Positions 45,198-59,150 of a stretch of DNA of 64,000 bases are shown one piece after another. The stretch lies in contig NC_092670.1 in NCBI RefSeq assembly GCF_964355755.1, positions 14,742,795-14,806,794 on the forward strand. Reading direction: 5' to 3'. Both the position numbers and the translations under genes were made by a program. Below the pieces are notes generated by a model. That model saw only the letters and a program-made list of their open reading frames with translations. It did no database searches and was not told where the DNA came from. Every line of letters starts with the position of its first letter. The stretch's first letter is position 1. The DNA comes from Antedon mediterranea (Eukaryota; Animalia; Echinodermata).

Positions 45198-45781
45198 CTA
45201 TACCTAACATACGGAGCTACAGATACATTATTTCATTTTTTACATTCATGATAAAACATACTTTACATAAGCAACATCTTTATTGATATATGATCATTTA
45301 AAAACCGTCAAACGGATATAAAATTAATTACCTTAAACGGAAAAAAAAATACATATAAAATTGTTAAATTTAACTTATAGGCCTAACCTATATAAACTAT
45401 TCGAGACTACAGGGATATTTTGAATTAGCGCCATAATCATAGCTTATGATCATGTCACGTCGAGATCATAACAATAATGAATGAAATATTATCTTCAATT
45501 AAATTTATACTTGCATTCAATGTTGCGGTATATTAGAAAATAAAGTGAAACAATTGAAAATGAACATTTTATTGTAGCCTAACCAGAAATTAAGCATCCA
45601 AATAAATAGGCATAATGTTTGACTCGAAAAACTAACAAAAGTACAATGGTGGTGGAGTGGTGCACGGTATTCATTACAAAACAATAATAACCTCCTTAAA
45701 TTATATAAATGCACTTAAACATAGATTATTAGTAGAGTTATATTAACTAGTTAATTAGTAAAATATGATTTAAAATCTTAC

Positions 45782-45830
45782 CCGTGACTTCACTGCAATT
45801 GAGATGTAGTGGTCTCTCTTATAAATTTAT
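45782..45830 (-). promoter_or_regulatory. Candidate TATA-like box and short non-coding first exon of the CCP gene
   Basis: Minus strand TTTATAAG, then TCAATTGCAGT, then strong donor CGG|GTAAGA at 45781; TSS not demonstrable from sequence. Confidence 0.3.
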
Positions 45831-46239
45831 TTTGTGTGTCGAATAACCGGTGCGAAAAAAGGGAAGCGTTGTCGATCCCGTTCAAAGGAAGACTGAAAAA
45901 GCCATCTGCTTGTAGCTAACTAAATGACTTGTTGAAGTCTGTCGCTACCCTTGAACTTTTGGTAGAAGGTTCCTTTTATGCATGTTTAAAATCGTGAGAG
46001 TGAAATCTTGAAAAGCATACACTAGAAATATATTTTTGACCACTGTAAACACATAATGATTTAAAATATTGATTGGCACTGCGGATAGATTGTTTTAACA
46101 CAATTTTTAACAAGGTTGTGGGGTAGATGCCCTAGGGTACTGTAACTACTGTAAATAAAGAGACGGAACTGTTATGCACCTATATTAACATTAATAGTTA
46201 ATTACAGAATGACGATTATGTTGACATTAATATATGGTT

Positions 46240-46340
46240 TGTTGGTGGTGGTGGTGGTGGGTGGTGGTGGTGATGATGATATTTGCTGATACGGAATAAT
46301 GATGATAAATGATAAGGATAAGTATGATGATGATGAGATG
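46240..46340 (+). repeat. (GGT)n/(GAT)n microsatellite
   Basis: ggtggtggt...gatgatgat runs. Confidence 0.8.
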
Positions 46341-46429
46341 AATAAAGATTAGATTATAAAAATAATTAAGTTATGATGAACAGACCTATATGAATGAGAA
46401 GAATTATGCAATGCAGAGATAAATAACGA

Positions 46430-48836
46430 TTAAGAAAATGATGAGCATAAAGATTAAGGAAATGATAAGATAAGGATAATGAGAATGATAAGCATAAAGA
46501 TTAAGAAAATTATGAGATGAGGATTATAAGAATATGAGCATAAATATTAAAAACATTATGAGATGAGGATTATGAGAATGATGAGCATAAATATTAAAAA
46601 CATTATGAGATGAGGATTATGAGAATGATGAGCATAAATATTAAGAAAAGGATGAGATTAGGATAATGAGAATGATGAGCATAAAGATTAAGAACATTAT
46701 GAGATGAGGATTATGAGAATGATGAGCATAAAGATTAAGAAAAGGATGAGATTAGGATAATGATAATGATGAGCATAAAGATTAAGAAAAGGATGAGATG
46801 AGGATAATGAGAATGATAAGCATAACGATTAAGAAAATGATGAGATGAAGATAATGAGAATGATGAGCATAAAGATTAAGAAAATGATTAGATGAGGATA
46901 ATGAGAATGATGAGCATAAAGATTAAGAAAATGATGAGATGAGGATAATGAGAATGATAAGCATAAAGATTAAGAAAATGATGAGATGAGGATAATGGGA
47001 ATGATGAGCATAAAGATTAAGAAAATTATGAGATGAGGATAATGAGAATGATGAGTATAAAGATAAAGAAAATGATGAGATGAATATAATGAGAATGATG
47101 AGCATAAAGATTAAGAAAATGAGATGAGGATTATGAGAATGATGAGCATAAAGATTAAGAAAATGATGAGATGAGGATAATGAGCATAAAGATTAAGAAC
47201 ATTATGAGATTAGGATAATGAGAATGATGAACATAAAGATTAAGAAAATGAGATGAGGATTATGAGAATGATGAGCATAAAGATTAAGAACAATTATGAG
47301 ATGAGGATAATGAGAATGATAAGCATAAAGGTTAAGAAAATGATGAGATGAGGATAATGAGAATGATAAGCATAAAGATTAAGAAAATGATGAGATGAGG
47401 ATAATGAGAATGATAAGCATAAAGATTAAGAAAATGATGAGATGAGGATAATGAGAATGATGAGCATAAAGATTAAGAACATTATGAGATTAGGATAATG
47501 AGAATGATCAGCATAAAGATTAAGAAAATTATGAGATGAGGATAATGAGAATGATGAGCATAAAGATTAAGAAAATGATGTGATGAGAATTATGAGAATG
47601 ATGAGCATAAAGACTAAGAAAATTATGAGATGAGGATAATGAGAATGATAAGCATAAAGATTAAGAAAATTATGAGATGAGGATAATGAGAATGATCAGC
47701 ATAAAGATTAAGAAAATTATGAGATGAGGATAATGAGAATGATGAGCATAAAGATTAAGAAAATGATGAGATGAGGATAATGAGAATGATGAGCATAAAG
47801 ATTAAGAAAATTATGAGATGAGGATAATGAGAATGATGAGCATAAAGATTAAAAAAATTATGAGATGAGGATAATGAGAATGATGAGCATAAAGATTAAG
47901 AAAATGATGAGATGAGGATAATGAGAATGATGAGCATAAAGATTAAGAAAATTATGAGATGAGGATTATGAGAATGATGAGCATAAAGATTAAGAAAATT
48001 ATGAGATGAGGATAATGAGAATGATGAGCATAAAGATTAAGAAAATGATGAGATGAGGATAATGAGAATGATGAGCATAAAGATTAAGAAAATTATGAGA
48101 TGAGGATTATGAGAATGATGAGCATAAAGATTAAGAAAATTATGAGATGAGGATAATGATAATGATGAGCATAAATATTAAGAACATTATGAGATTAGGA
48201 TAATGAGAATGATGAGCATAAAGATTAAGAAAATTATGAGATGAGGATAATGAGAATGATGAGCATAAAGATTAAGAAAATGATGTGATGAGAATTATGA
48301 GAATGATGAGCATAAAGACTAAGAAAATTATGAGATGAGGATAATGAGAATGATAAGCATAAAGATTAAGAAAATTAAGAGATGAGGATAATGAGAATGA
48401 TGAGCATAAAGATTAAGAAAATTATGAGATGAGGATTATGAGAATGATGAGCATAAAGATTAAGAAAATGATGAGATGAGGATAATGAGAATGATGAGCA
48501 TAAAGATTAAGAAAATTATGAGATGAGGATTATGAGAATGATGAGCATAAAGATTAAGAAAATTATGAGATGAGGATTATGAGAATGATGAGCATAAAGA
48601 TTAAGAAAATTATGAGATGAGGATAATGATAATGATGAGCATAAATATTAAGAACATTATGAGATTAGGATAATGAGAATGATGAGCATAAAGATTAAGA
48701 AAATTATGAGATGAGGATAATGAGAATGATGAGCATAAAGATTAAGAAAATGATGAGATGAGGATTATGAAAATGATGAGCATAAAGATTAAGAAAATTA
48801 TGTGATGAGGATTATGAGAATGATGAGCATAAAGAT
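46430..48836 (+). repeat. 47-bp minisatellite, ~51 copies
   Basis: Unit ATGAGATGAGGATAATGAGAATGATGAGCATAAAGATTAAGAAAAT(T/G). Confidence 0.97.
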
Positions 48837-50481
48837 AACTGTGATGATGATGATGTGAAACTATTTCATTATAATTAATAATGGCGTGGTAGGCCTATAG
48901 CAGGAAGTAGGCCTATGATATCCAACGATGAAGGTTATCCGATAACATGACTCAATACAAAAACTGATATATTATAATTAAATATTAATATCAATGACAC
49001 AAGAAATTGTTAATACTGTTGGTGAAAAACATAACAAATTTAATTTCATTTTGTCGAGGTCTCGCAGTAATCCACTCGGCATTGGTTCATTTAAAGAGCG
49101 CAAGGGTCACACTCGTAAAATGATACATATTATAGATAGATACAAATTAAATAATATGAGACTTTAACATTAGGCTCCTCTATTCTGAGTATAGCTTCAT
49201 ATTTATCAAAATAAAGCAGTTTATTTGAATCTAAACTTGGGGATTTTAACGCTAACGATATTCAAATCTACGAAAGGGTGTAAATTTTCGCCGGGAAGGG
49301 AAACAAGTCATCAAACTGCAGTGTAGGCCTAAATTCCACAAGAAAATAGGGGATTCAAGGTGAGTCAGCCGCCCCCGGCCCATAAAATTCGAAAATAAAC
49401 AGGCAAAGGGTAGGACATTTGAAGACAGTACATTGTGTTTTAAGTACGGTTTTTAAAATTAAAAGTTTTGAGTCCAAAATCCTGCAGGATCAGCATTGAA
49501 ACATTTGAGCCTCTGAACCTATTATAAAACGCCAAAGAGCTATGTTTTTAGAGGTTTTAGAATATGTTGTCACTATAAGATGCAATTCTATCAAATTCCT
49601 ATAGAGGAGAAGGGGTGATAATCTTTCACCAGGGTACTTCGGCCACATGGGAGACGAGTCGATAATCCCGCAAAAATGAGTACTGTACCAATTCGATATA
49701 GTCTTCATAATGGGTAAACTTTCACGTTTTACGACCATTGGACCAAGAAACTGGCTATAGAATATGAAGGTGACGTCATGATATTAATTAATACTGTACG
49801 AGGGTTTATATGTCATGGCTGATATTGTTAATGCGTTTCACATATGACACATATAAAAGACAACCCAAACAAATACAGGAAACGCTCTACCTAGTAACTT
49901 GTATTTAAAGTAGTTTATATGGCCCGCCGTCTTACTTATAGGTCTATTTGGTGAATTATCGCGGGTAAGCCTCACCCAAATGGACTTCCTTAACTCCCAC
50001 GGTTTGTAACTGCCAAGGTCATTGTAGGCTCATCTAGTCTAAATAGGCCGGAAACTAAAAGTACAGTTCAGCCGTACAGGATAACATTATTGGTTAAATG
50101 TTTAATTACTAACATTTTCTTATAATGGCTTTCCTTAAACTATCTATGATAGACATAATTGGGAAATTCCACAGTATTTGGTCCGTGGGTTGAACAATTT
50201 TATTTCATACATGTCAAATTCATATTTATTAACTACAGACTGTTTCATGGATGAGAGAGATAAAAATACCTCCTCAATCTTCAGGTGTTAGGCTTTGAGT
50301 AAAGTTATTAGAAGTAGAATGATCAGGAATAGACTGTTTATAGTTAATATATGCAAGCGACAGAAGTTGTATATTAGACCGTTCTATTTATCTATAGGTG
50401 TCTTTAATTATTGACCTTGATATCTCAATAAGAATTTTCTAATTCTATGTCTGCATGTGCTAAATAATTCGATCCTTTGAT

Positions 50482-50509
50482 CATGGACCTATACATTTAT
50501 AGGTCCATG
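50482..50509. mobile_element. P-superfamily-like mini palindrome / excision footprint
   Basis: CATGGACCTATA-CATT-TATAGGTCCATG; 7-bp TSD CTTTGAT. Confidence 0.75.
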
Positions 50510-51958
50510 CTTTGATTAAGCTCCAGTTATTCATATTGTAATCAAGTATTTTGTTAAATTTGTTTATTAATTTCATACTTTTCAAAAATTCAGAATTGTT
50601 ACTTCTGAGACATTTCGATTGGGGTTTTCCCTCACTTGTGTTTAATAAAGTTATGGCTCCAAGATATTAATTCTTACTTTAAATCTTAATTTTCAACTCC
50701 TAAGGATATTAAATTGCAATAGATTTAAACAAGTCTTTTTAAAACTTGTATTTTTTATTTAAAAAACTTTACTATCAAAAGTTATTAAATGTTACTGATG
50801 GAACATTTTTGTTATGGATGGGATGGCATTTTTTAAGAATTAAAAAGTGTCTTTTTACTGTGGCTGGTACCGTACAGTATGTACTGTACAAAGGTGTTAA
50901 CTCATGTTGTTTATTAATCACAAAACACTGTGGTATGTATTTAAAATAACAACCCACAAAAGAACATTACCTAAATCTAAAACAACATGACTGGGAGTAT
51001 TAGGTGTGGTCATCACTTTGTAGATTTCATTCTTTGTGAATTTGCAACCAACCAAGATACTAAATAATTAAGATTGAATTTTACCGTAATAGTAGGCCTA
51101 CTTGGATCCACTAACAAATTCTGACGTCAGCGCCAACGCCAAATTTTAAAGATTCGTCTTAAATGTGTTAATAGCTTGTTTAGTATGCAAAACATAACTT
51201 TTAAATTAGTATAAATAAATATTTTGATAACATTTAACAATATTGCGTCTCTTTATAACTCGAATAATTAATTTTATAAATAATATTCCATTTTATGAAT
51301 TTTTATATTTTCACTTGACATTAACTTTTTAACAGTTTTGAAAAGGTTTAATTATATTTTGATTTGTATATAAAAGAAGATTACATTGATTATAATATAT
51401 AATCATATTAATAGCAAAATCGTATAATTATTTAATCTGAACAAAAGTGTCCCGTCCACGACGTTCGCAAATGTTCCGTCCATAACAATTAAATATAAAT
51501 CATATTTATTAATAAATTTGCGGTTAAAATTTTATAATTAACATTCAGTCATTTAAAACAACTATCTGGTAACATAATAATACAAAAAGACTTTCATAAT
51601 TAAAATTGGCCATAAATGTAAAACATTTATTCTACTTTGAATCTTCTATTCTTTATTATTTCTAAGATATGTCTAGTTATATTCACAAAAATGTCCCGTC
51701 AAAAAAAAACAATACTGTGGAATGCCCCAATTATGATGAATGAAAGTAATAGAATTAAAAAAACAAAGATTGAAAGAATTTTCATTGTTGCTTTCCCTTT
51801 TCCTTTTCCATGTACGTCCGTTTGGTGAAGCATTTACAAAATCGATCAAATGCAACTTCAAAATTTGTAAGAAGAGGAAAGTTATGTACTATGTACAAAA
51901 AACAAACAAAAGCAATGATTTCACAATATAAAAAAACAAACTGAACAATAAAATTAAC

Positions 51959-52000
51959 CATGGAGCTATACATTTTTTTTTACAATTTTATAGCTCCATG
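51959..52000. mobile_element. P-superfamily-like mini palindrome / excision footprint
   Basis: CATGGAGCTATA...TATAGCTCCATG; 7-bp TSD AATTAAC. Confidence 0.75.
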
Positions 52001-53094
52001 AATTAACAAGTTGACATTATGCATACAATTTAACTATTTTTGCTTTAAATTACCGTTTTCCGGTAATTAATTTTGTTTTAATCCTTGTTCAAAGTGAATA
52101 ACTATTTTGTGGCATTAAAATGGCATATTCAAAAACAAAAATTAAATGATTATTTTTTAGTGGGGGACAATAATAATTACGCTTATGCAGATTCTGAATA
52201 AATTATTAGAGGGCGATATTCTACTTTTTAAAGAAACAGACGGATAGAAAGAAATGAGACTTGACTAAATGGTACAAACGCCCTCATTAATATAATTCTA
52301 TTCAACGCAAATTTTAAATCAAATTATGGAGATAATATTGTTCACTTACTATAATATCTATGATAAAATGTAATGTGATTGTTATAGTTAAAAAACAAGT
52401 TAATTGATGTAATTAAAAACAAATTATCAAAACTATTCGAAACATGGCATACCAGTATTAAAAGGATACGCGATGATTATAATAAACCAGACCAGACGAC
52501 AAAAAAAAAATGATATGCGCCTTTTAAATCTAAAATATGACTATATATTAATATATCAATCTTAGTCTCTATCATAATGAATGTTACATGGGCTACATTA
52601 TAGGCTCAAGCTTCTTTCACAGTAAAATAGTTTTGTCTTTGCCGCAAGATTAACTTATTCTCATGATGTTTCATCAAGTATTCAAGTAAGTTGTTTATAT
52701 TTGCTTTAACCCTATAATTTTTATTCAAACAGGTAATATCATTTTAAAATTCATATAGATCTTTAACTGTGTAGAAAGAAGACCAATTTCGGAGTGTTTT
52801 TTTTTTACAATTACAACGAATAAATTTAATCTATGTCTATCACTATCACCTTTTAATTGATAAAATAATGAGGTGTTTTTGTTTCTTCATACTTTCCTTT
52901 CTCTTATATCGAATATTCCATGTTTAAAATACCTTTTTTAAAAGAATTCCATAAGAATGGCCGTTAGTTTAATATTTTACATTTGGAAATAAAAAATAAT
53001 AATTGGCTTGAACCAAAATGGTAGGCCTATATTTGCGAACAATACCATGATGAAGCACTTAATCGTTACTGTATTATAAATAAAAAATACCATA

Positions 53095-53403
53095 TTTGGT
53101 GCGGATTGGGTGAGTCTCGTTTTCGATAAATCGCCCTGGAAGACTGTGGAATACAAGTTCTTTGTTACGATTTATTAGTCACGTTAGCAGATTGGTATTA
53201 TTATTGTTTTGTATCGCAACAGTGATTTTTTTATGACGTCATCGAGAGGCGGCGCATTCGATATGGGAAAATAAACAATTGGAACCGGAAGTTTTAGACA
53301 GTAGACTGGCACACACGAGAGAAGGTCGGGCGGTAGAACGGATTGGAAGATTAAACCGGTATTCACCGTATTTTATAGCATCTTGAGGCCGAATTAGTTC
53401 ATT
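53095..53403 (+). promoter_or_regulatory. Myosin I proximal promoter / 5' UTR
   Basis: Locally CpG-rich; CRE TGACGTCA 53234-53241, ETS ACCGGAAGT 53284-53292, several inverted CCAAT (GATTGG). Confidence 0.6.
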
Positions 53404-53501
53404 ATGGCCGGGATAGATGAAGGACCAGAATTTGGGAAAGGTGATTTTGTCCTTTTGGATGAAATTAGTGAGGATATGTTTATGCAGAATCTAAAATTAA
53501 G
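53404..53501 (+). CDS. MYO1D: Unconventional myosin-Id-like, coding exon 1
   Basis: MAGIDEGPEFGKGDFVLLDEISEDMFMQNLKLR; AG|GTGAGT phase-2 donor. Confidence 0.9.
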
Positions 53502-55189
53502 GTGAGTTGTCTGCCTATTTTTTTATGTGACATCTTTGCACCACATCGCCGAACAACCTGATGTACTTTTCATTTCATATCCTTTGGCTTTGTAAACCTG
53601 TTTTATCAGCAGTAGGCATAGATAGAAATTGACAGGTTTTAAAAATACAGATAAAAAAAACCCAGAATTGTTACTGTGAAGGTGGATATTTGGAACAAAG
53701 ACAAAATGAAACAGACATTGACAAGAGGTAAACATGGACGAATGCTATGTTTCAGCTATTGTGAAACATTCAAAATTGAGTGATTTAAAATTAAGCTACA
53801 TCAAATATTTTTTCTTTTTCATTATGTTTTTTGTTATCTGCACTTGTCTTTTTTATTTTACACTACAGTATAAAAATGATTCATTGAAATAAATAAATAT
53901 GCATTAAAAAAAAATTTAAACATTTTAGGTAAGTTTACCTCTCACCAGGGAAGAGTGAAATAACATTCTTTCCTGACCATGACCTGAAGTACAAACAACT
54001 TGACATTTATGTTTAAAATGTTTTAACATGGCTTATGAAAAGTCCCCACCCCAGGTCCCCCACCTAAATACTGATGATACAGTTACAACTTAATACTCTT
54101 CAATTATTAAAATTACTATATTAATATTCCATTTACAAAATATCGATTTTACACTAGTTGACGCCAAACATTCAAGGTTGACTTGTTAATGCAATATAAA
54201 TTCACAAGTCAGTGTTCGGTGTTGAATTCACACTCTTTTATTGTAAATAATTACTTAAATACTATAATTGTGTTAAACATTAATACTTAAACATAACAAT
54301 CTAATAGTCGTTCACAGATCAAGGTTTCTGATTAATTATTCAATTAATTATTTATTCAACTTTAAATCCATACATTAATTACTATATACTATAAAGGCCT
54401 GTATTATGAATATTTAAAAAATTAAAATGGTTGCACAAATTCCAACTATTGGAGCTGTAGAACTTTAGTACTGTTTCCTATATTAATATTTTGAATGGTT
54501 ATACAGTATTTAAGAAAGCAATTTAATATCTTTTTAAAATCTTTTGATATCTACAGTAAACCAGACATATACCAAAACATGACAATGTCTTGTTCTTGGT
54601 TATATTATTTCCATGTTTAATTTATCATAAACAAATAACTAATTAGAAATCCCCTAACAAAGTTAAAATCATGAAGATTCACATAATGGAGCATTTATAA
54701 TAATACAACCGTTTTCTTTAAATTTAAGTAAGCAATTCAGACATACACAGGTCAAAGGTCCATTATCCATCCAAGTACCACAATTTTCTGATCGTAAAAA
54801 GGAAGCTCATAGCGTAAAAGCCTATCCCTTTAAAGCTCGGATTTGATAACCTTCATGTAAATATCTTAAGCCAGCTGATACAACATTTCAAATTCACTTG
54901 TGCTTTTGCAAAATTCTTCCTATAATAAGTACTTTGGTCCTGTTTCCAGGAGACAAGTTATTTTGTTGTAGTTTGTACAATATTTTACTAGCAGCAGTGC
55001 AGTAATGCTATGTTTCTATACTACTGTAATTGTATTAAAATAAAGTGGATACAGAGTAATATTATAGACAAGAGACATCTGCTAAAAATTCGTTTATTTT
55101 TAGAAGAATAACCTATCAAAAGAAACTTATAATGTGATTAGGAAAAAAAGCATCAACTCTGCCAAATCCTGGATGTCTTAATATATGTA

Positions 55190-55586
55190 ACTCAACCAAA
55201 CCTGGGCTTTCTAACTGTAGCCTAAATACTAGAAACTCAACCATAACTAGGCTGTGTCTAAAAACTAAACTGAAACTGCTAGGAATTTCTAAATACCAGA
55301 AACTCAACCATAACTGGACTGTCTAAATACCAGAAACTCAACCATAACTGGACTGTCTAAATACCAGAAACTCAACCATAACTGCACTGTTTAAATACCA
55401 GAAACTCAACCATAACTGAGCTGTCTAAAAACTAAACTAAAACTGCCAGGGCTTTCTAAATACCAGAAACTCAACCATAACTCAACTGTCTAAATACCAG
55501 AAACCCAACCATAACTAGACTGTCTAAAAAACACCAACCAAAACTGGGCTGTCTAAATACCAGAAACTCAACCAAAACTGGACTGT
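55190..55586 (+). repeat. 34-bp minisatellite with interspersed ~31-bp variant units
   Basis: CTAAATACCAGAAACTCAACCATAACTGGACTGT repeated; variant CTAAAAACTAAACT(G/A)AAACTGC(T/C)AGG. Confidence 0.9.
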
Positions 55587-58500
55587 TTGACCTGTTGGGT
55601 CGATCCAAGAAAGTACAACACTGTACTGTACTGTTAATTTTGGAAGATATCTTTTTTTAAAGATGCTACAGGTATCACTACTAATTATTGATCTCATCAA
55701 TGACATATTATGGTTTAGCGTAGTAGAAATACGTTTTCTGTATTTGTAACAACTTTAACTGTAAGCTTACTTAATGATGGTGGTACATTGGAACGTTCCC
55801 ACATGAGGGCGTGGTTGTGGACTGGTTCATTTTCGGAAAGGGTGCTCTAAGAATTTTAACTTTCGTATCTAAGGTCACCCCTCCTCTCACGAGCATGGGA
55901 TATTTTCAGTTTAGAGTGTGTAATTTTCTTCTCTACCTTATTATTATTACAGTTTCTAATGTTGATTAATTACAAGTAAATTTTAAAAAAGTTTATAATG
56001 GTATAAATGTGTTTCTTGGTGTTTATAAATACAACACACGCACCTATTAGTAATTCTTTTTATAAATGTTTCAATTAAATTTACAAATATTCATGAATTA
56101 ATAAGAGTCAGACAGTGATGATAAATACTTAATGTTTACATTGTCGCCTACACCCATTTCAAGTGCATTCTTTTCAATTATCAATATTTAAAAGCCTTAT
56201 ATAATAGATAGGGTGTTGACACTGAGTTATATTTATAACAGATGAATTAACAATTTGTCAGGAAGAATATTGGACCTTCATGTATCCTATTTTCCAGTTG
56301 ATTTAATTTAAAGAAAGGAATTTTGTGTCTGATGTCTTGTCTGAACTGAACTTGTAACTGATGAATAAAGTATAAAGTTTAATGGAAAAACTGAAACATG
56401 TGATGAGATGCTGAAATGGAAGTGTGAATTAAGTTTAGTACAGTACGTTCACACATGTTCCATTTCATGTAATGGAAGACAGCGACGTTAATTATGGTTT
56501 TCTACTGGTATATTCAGTCCCTACTATAGTAGGTGGGATGATTCACTCATGAGGGCACAGATGATACCATTATCAGATAGGGGTGCTTTACAGAATTTCT
56601 TATTTTCGTAATTGTATCCTCTCTTCGGAGAGAGAGGGCTATTGTTAGTTTATACAGGTAAGCGGCACTTGCAGACTTCCGATACCATGGTTTTTACGGT
56701 TCTGCTATTAAACACAATAACTTTGAATGTACATTAGCTTTAAGATGAGGAAGTGTGCGAGTTTTGGATGAGAAACTTTAACATTCTAAAAAAAAAAATT
56801 TTAGTTTTGTTAATCATTTTTCAAAATGCTCCTAACTCTGCATACCGTACTGTAGAATACTGATGTGGAATTTAGAAGTAATAGCATCCATATTTAGTAG
56901 TAGTACTGTATTAGTAGTACCTCGCATCCAAAATGGCTGGCCATGAGTGTTTTGGCCAAAGATATGCATATGTCTGACATATTTTGTGCATGAACGATTT
57001 TTTATAGGGTTACTGTAGGTTTATTTTTTGGGTAGGTTTAGTATTTAACTGTATGTCAAATTTCCTAACAATACAGTCATTCTTTCCCTTGTCATAAAAA
57101 AAATGAAATTATCTTTTAGCATTGATTGATGCAGCATTGGATTTGAACCAATGTCTCTAACACTTTAGGTATGAACACACACCGTGACCGTGAATCACAA
57201 CCTCCAGCATCTCCTATAATTTTATTGATTTCTCTATGTTTTTTATAATTTATAAAAAACATTTAATGATTAATGAGTGATGTAACATATTATCATATTA
57301 AGGACATCTATTTATGAATGAATTCTTTTTGGCAAATAATTTATCAAAGTCGGTGGTAGTTCACCTTACTGATAATGTTTGTTCTTCCATTATGTTTGTT
57401 AAAGTTATCACTTCCATATTTATTTTAGTGGCAGTAATTATTTTCTGTTCAAACATTTGGTTTAACGTCTGTCATGCATCAGCGCTTTCAATTTACTTCG
57501 GTCTCTGCAACCATGGGAAAAACTATAAACAAAATATTACATGTTTTTTAAAGAATGTAGGGTATTACTTTATAGTTAGTACTGTAGTATGAAATCATTT
57601 AATAACAATTAATAGATTGTTTCGATGGTTACAATATTTTCAACAATACAGTTCTACAGGTATAAAACTTACGTAGGGCCTCGCTTAATAACATTATGAA
57701 TAAAAAGTGTGCTATTTAAAATTTATGAACAGTGTTATAAAATTATGTACTGTACTCAAAATCACATTAAAAAAAAGTAGAATTTTTATACAATTACAAG
57801 ATCATAAAAATTTGTTTTGTTGCTATTCACAAATGAGCAACAAAATGGAATTTTTCAATGGTATTTGCATCAATATCAGTTATTATACACATAATCAATA
57901 CCCCCTTTGAATAATGCTCTGTTTAACAAATATTCAGTGGACTAGTCAGTCTGCATCCAGGTGTAATTTCACCATAGCAACACGACACTCTTGTCTATTG
58001 GTTGTTTTTTTATAATATCTTCCTGTCTTTCAGAAAAGAATAAAATCAAATTAAAAATATGTAATTTCAAGTGTTGAAGCAAATGAACACTTTTCCTTTA
58101 ATCATCGTCATGCCAGTCGACATGTCAATGGAAAATGGATATCATAATTATTGCTTTATTTCCAACCCTACAGTAGTTAGTATTTTGGTCAATTCAAGGG
58201 ATCATGTAAAAATTAAAATTAGTAAAATAATTTTGACATGATAATACAGTAATAAGTTTGACATTATGGTCCCTAATCATACATGCACCCAGACTCAGGA
58301 TTACGTTACTTTAGCTTGAAATGCAGTAGCAGCATATAAAATAAAAGGCAGAATATATCATTAGATATTTATATTTTTTTATATTTTCAGATATAGGCTA
58401 AATTGTATTGATTTATATTTTAGAAATTTTTTTCATGCATAATTATTTAATCTGTGGCTGCTCCTTCATCTCAATTTAGGAAATATTGAGAAGGAGCATG

Positions 58501-58754
58501 AACAGAGAGTATGCTGTACAGTACTGTAGGTCCTCCCTGTTTTTTCTTCTTTCATACAGTAGCTGACTTGTTCCCTTTGTGAATGTATAGAATGATACAG
58601 GGACGTAGCCACCAGTACGGTTGGTAAGATTTCAACCTGACCCCTTTTTTTCACAGAGGCCTTTGACAACCCAGGGGCTTGAACAGAGATTGTTCCCTTT
58701 TTTTGCGAAAAACAGACCACTTTACATTTACCACTCATTTTTCTTTTGTTTCAG

Positions 58755-58963
58755 ATTCCAAAAAGGAAAAATATACACATACATTGGGGAGGTAGTTGTG
58801 TCTGTGAATCCATACCGTACAGTTGACATCTATGGCCAAGATGTCGTGGAAAACTACAAAGGAAGAGAAATCTACGAACGGCCACCTCATATATTTGCAA
58901 TTGCTGACGCTGCCTATAAAACAATGAGAAGAAGGGCCCAAGATACTTGCATTGTCATTTCAG
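58755..58963 (+). CDS. MYO1D: Unconventional myosin-Id-like, coding exon 2 (gene continues past window)
   Basis: TTTCAG acceptor; [27 protein letters not shown]...[32 protein letters not shown], ending just at the P-loop; phase compatible with exon 1. Confidence 0.95.
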
Positions 58964-59076
58964 GTATGTATATTGTTGTATTGTATGCTACAGTAGGTAT
59001 ACCATTTCCATGTGTCTTTTAGGTTATTTTTACGAAATGTGTAAGCACTTGGAACCTGGTGCTGGCACTATAACAA

Positions 59077-59150
59077 GACCATATAGATGGCTGTAGTCGC
59101 ATGCTCAAGTTAGTGTTTACCGACCGACATAGTGAGCTGTAGAGTCGCGT
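59077..59150 (+). repeat. Dispersed repeat, copy of 39289-39372
   Basis: Direct sequence similarity. Confidence 0.8.

Noticed and set aside
46430-48836. Regular array resembling CRISPR, and ORF 46923-47105 within it
   Set aside because: Units are contiguous with no unique spacers, the context is eukaryotic and no cas genes are present; the ORF is a by-product of the repeat
49490-49738. 82-aa minus-strand ORF in the intergenic region
   Set aside because: No recognisable motif or convincing splice context
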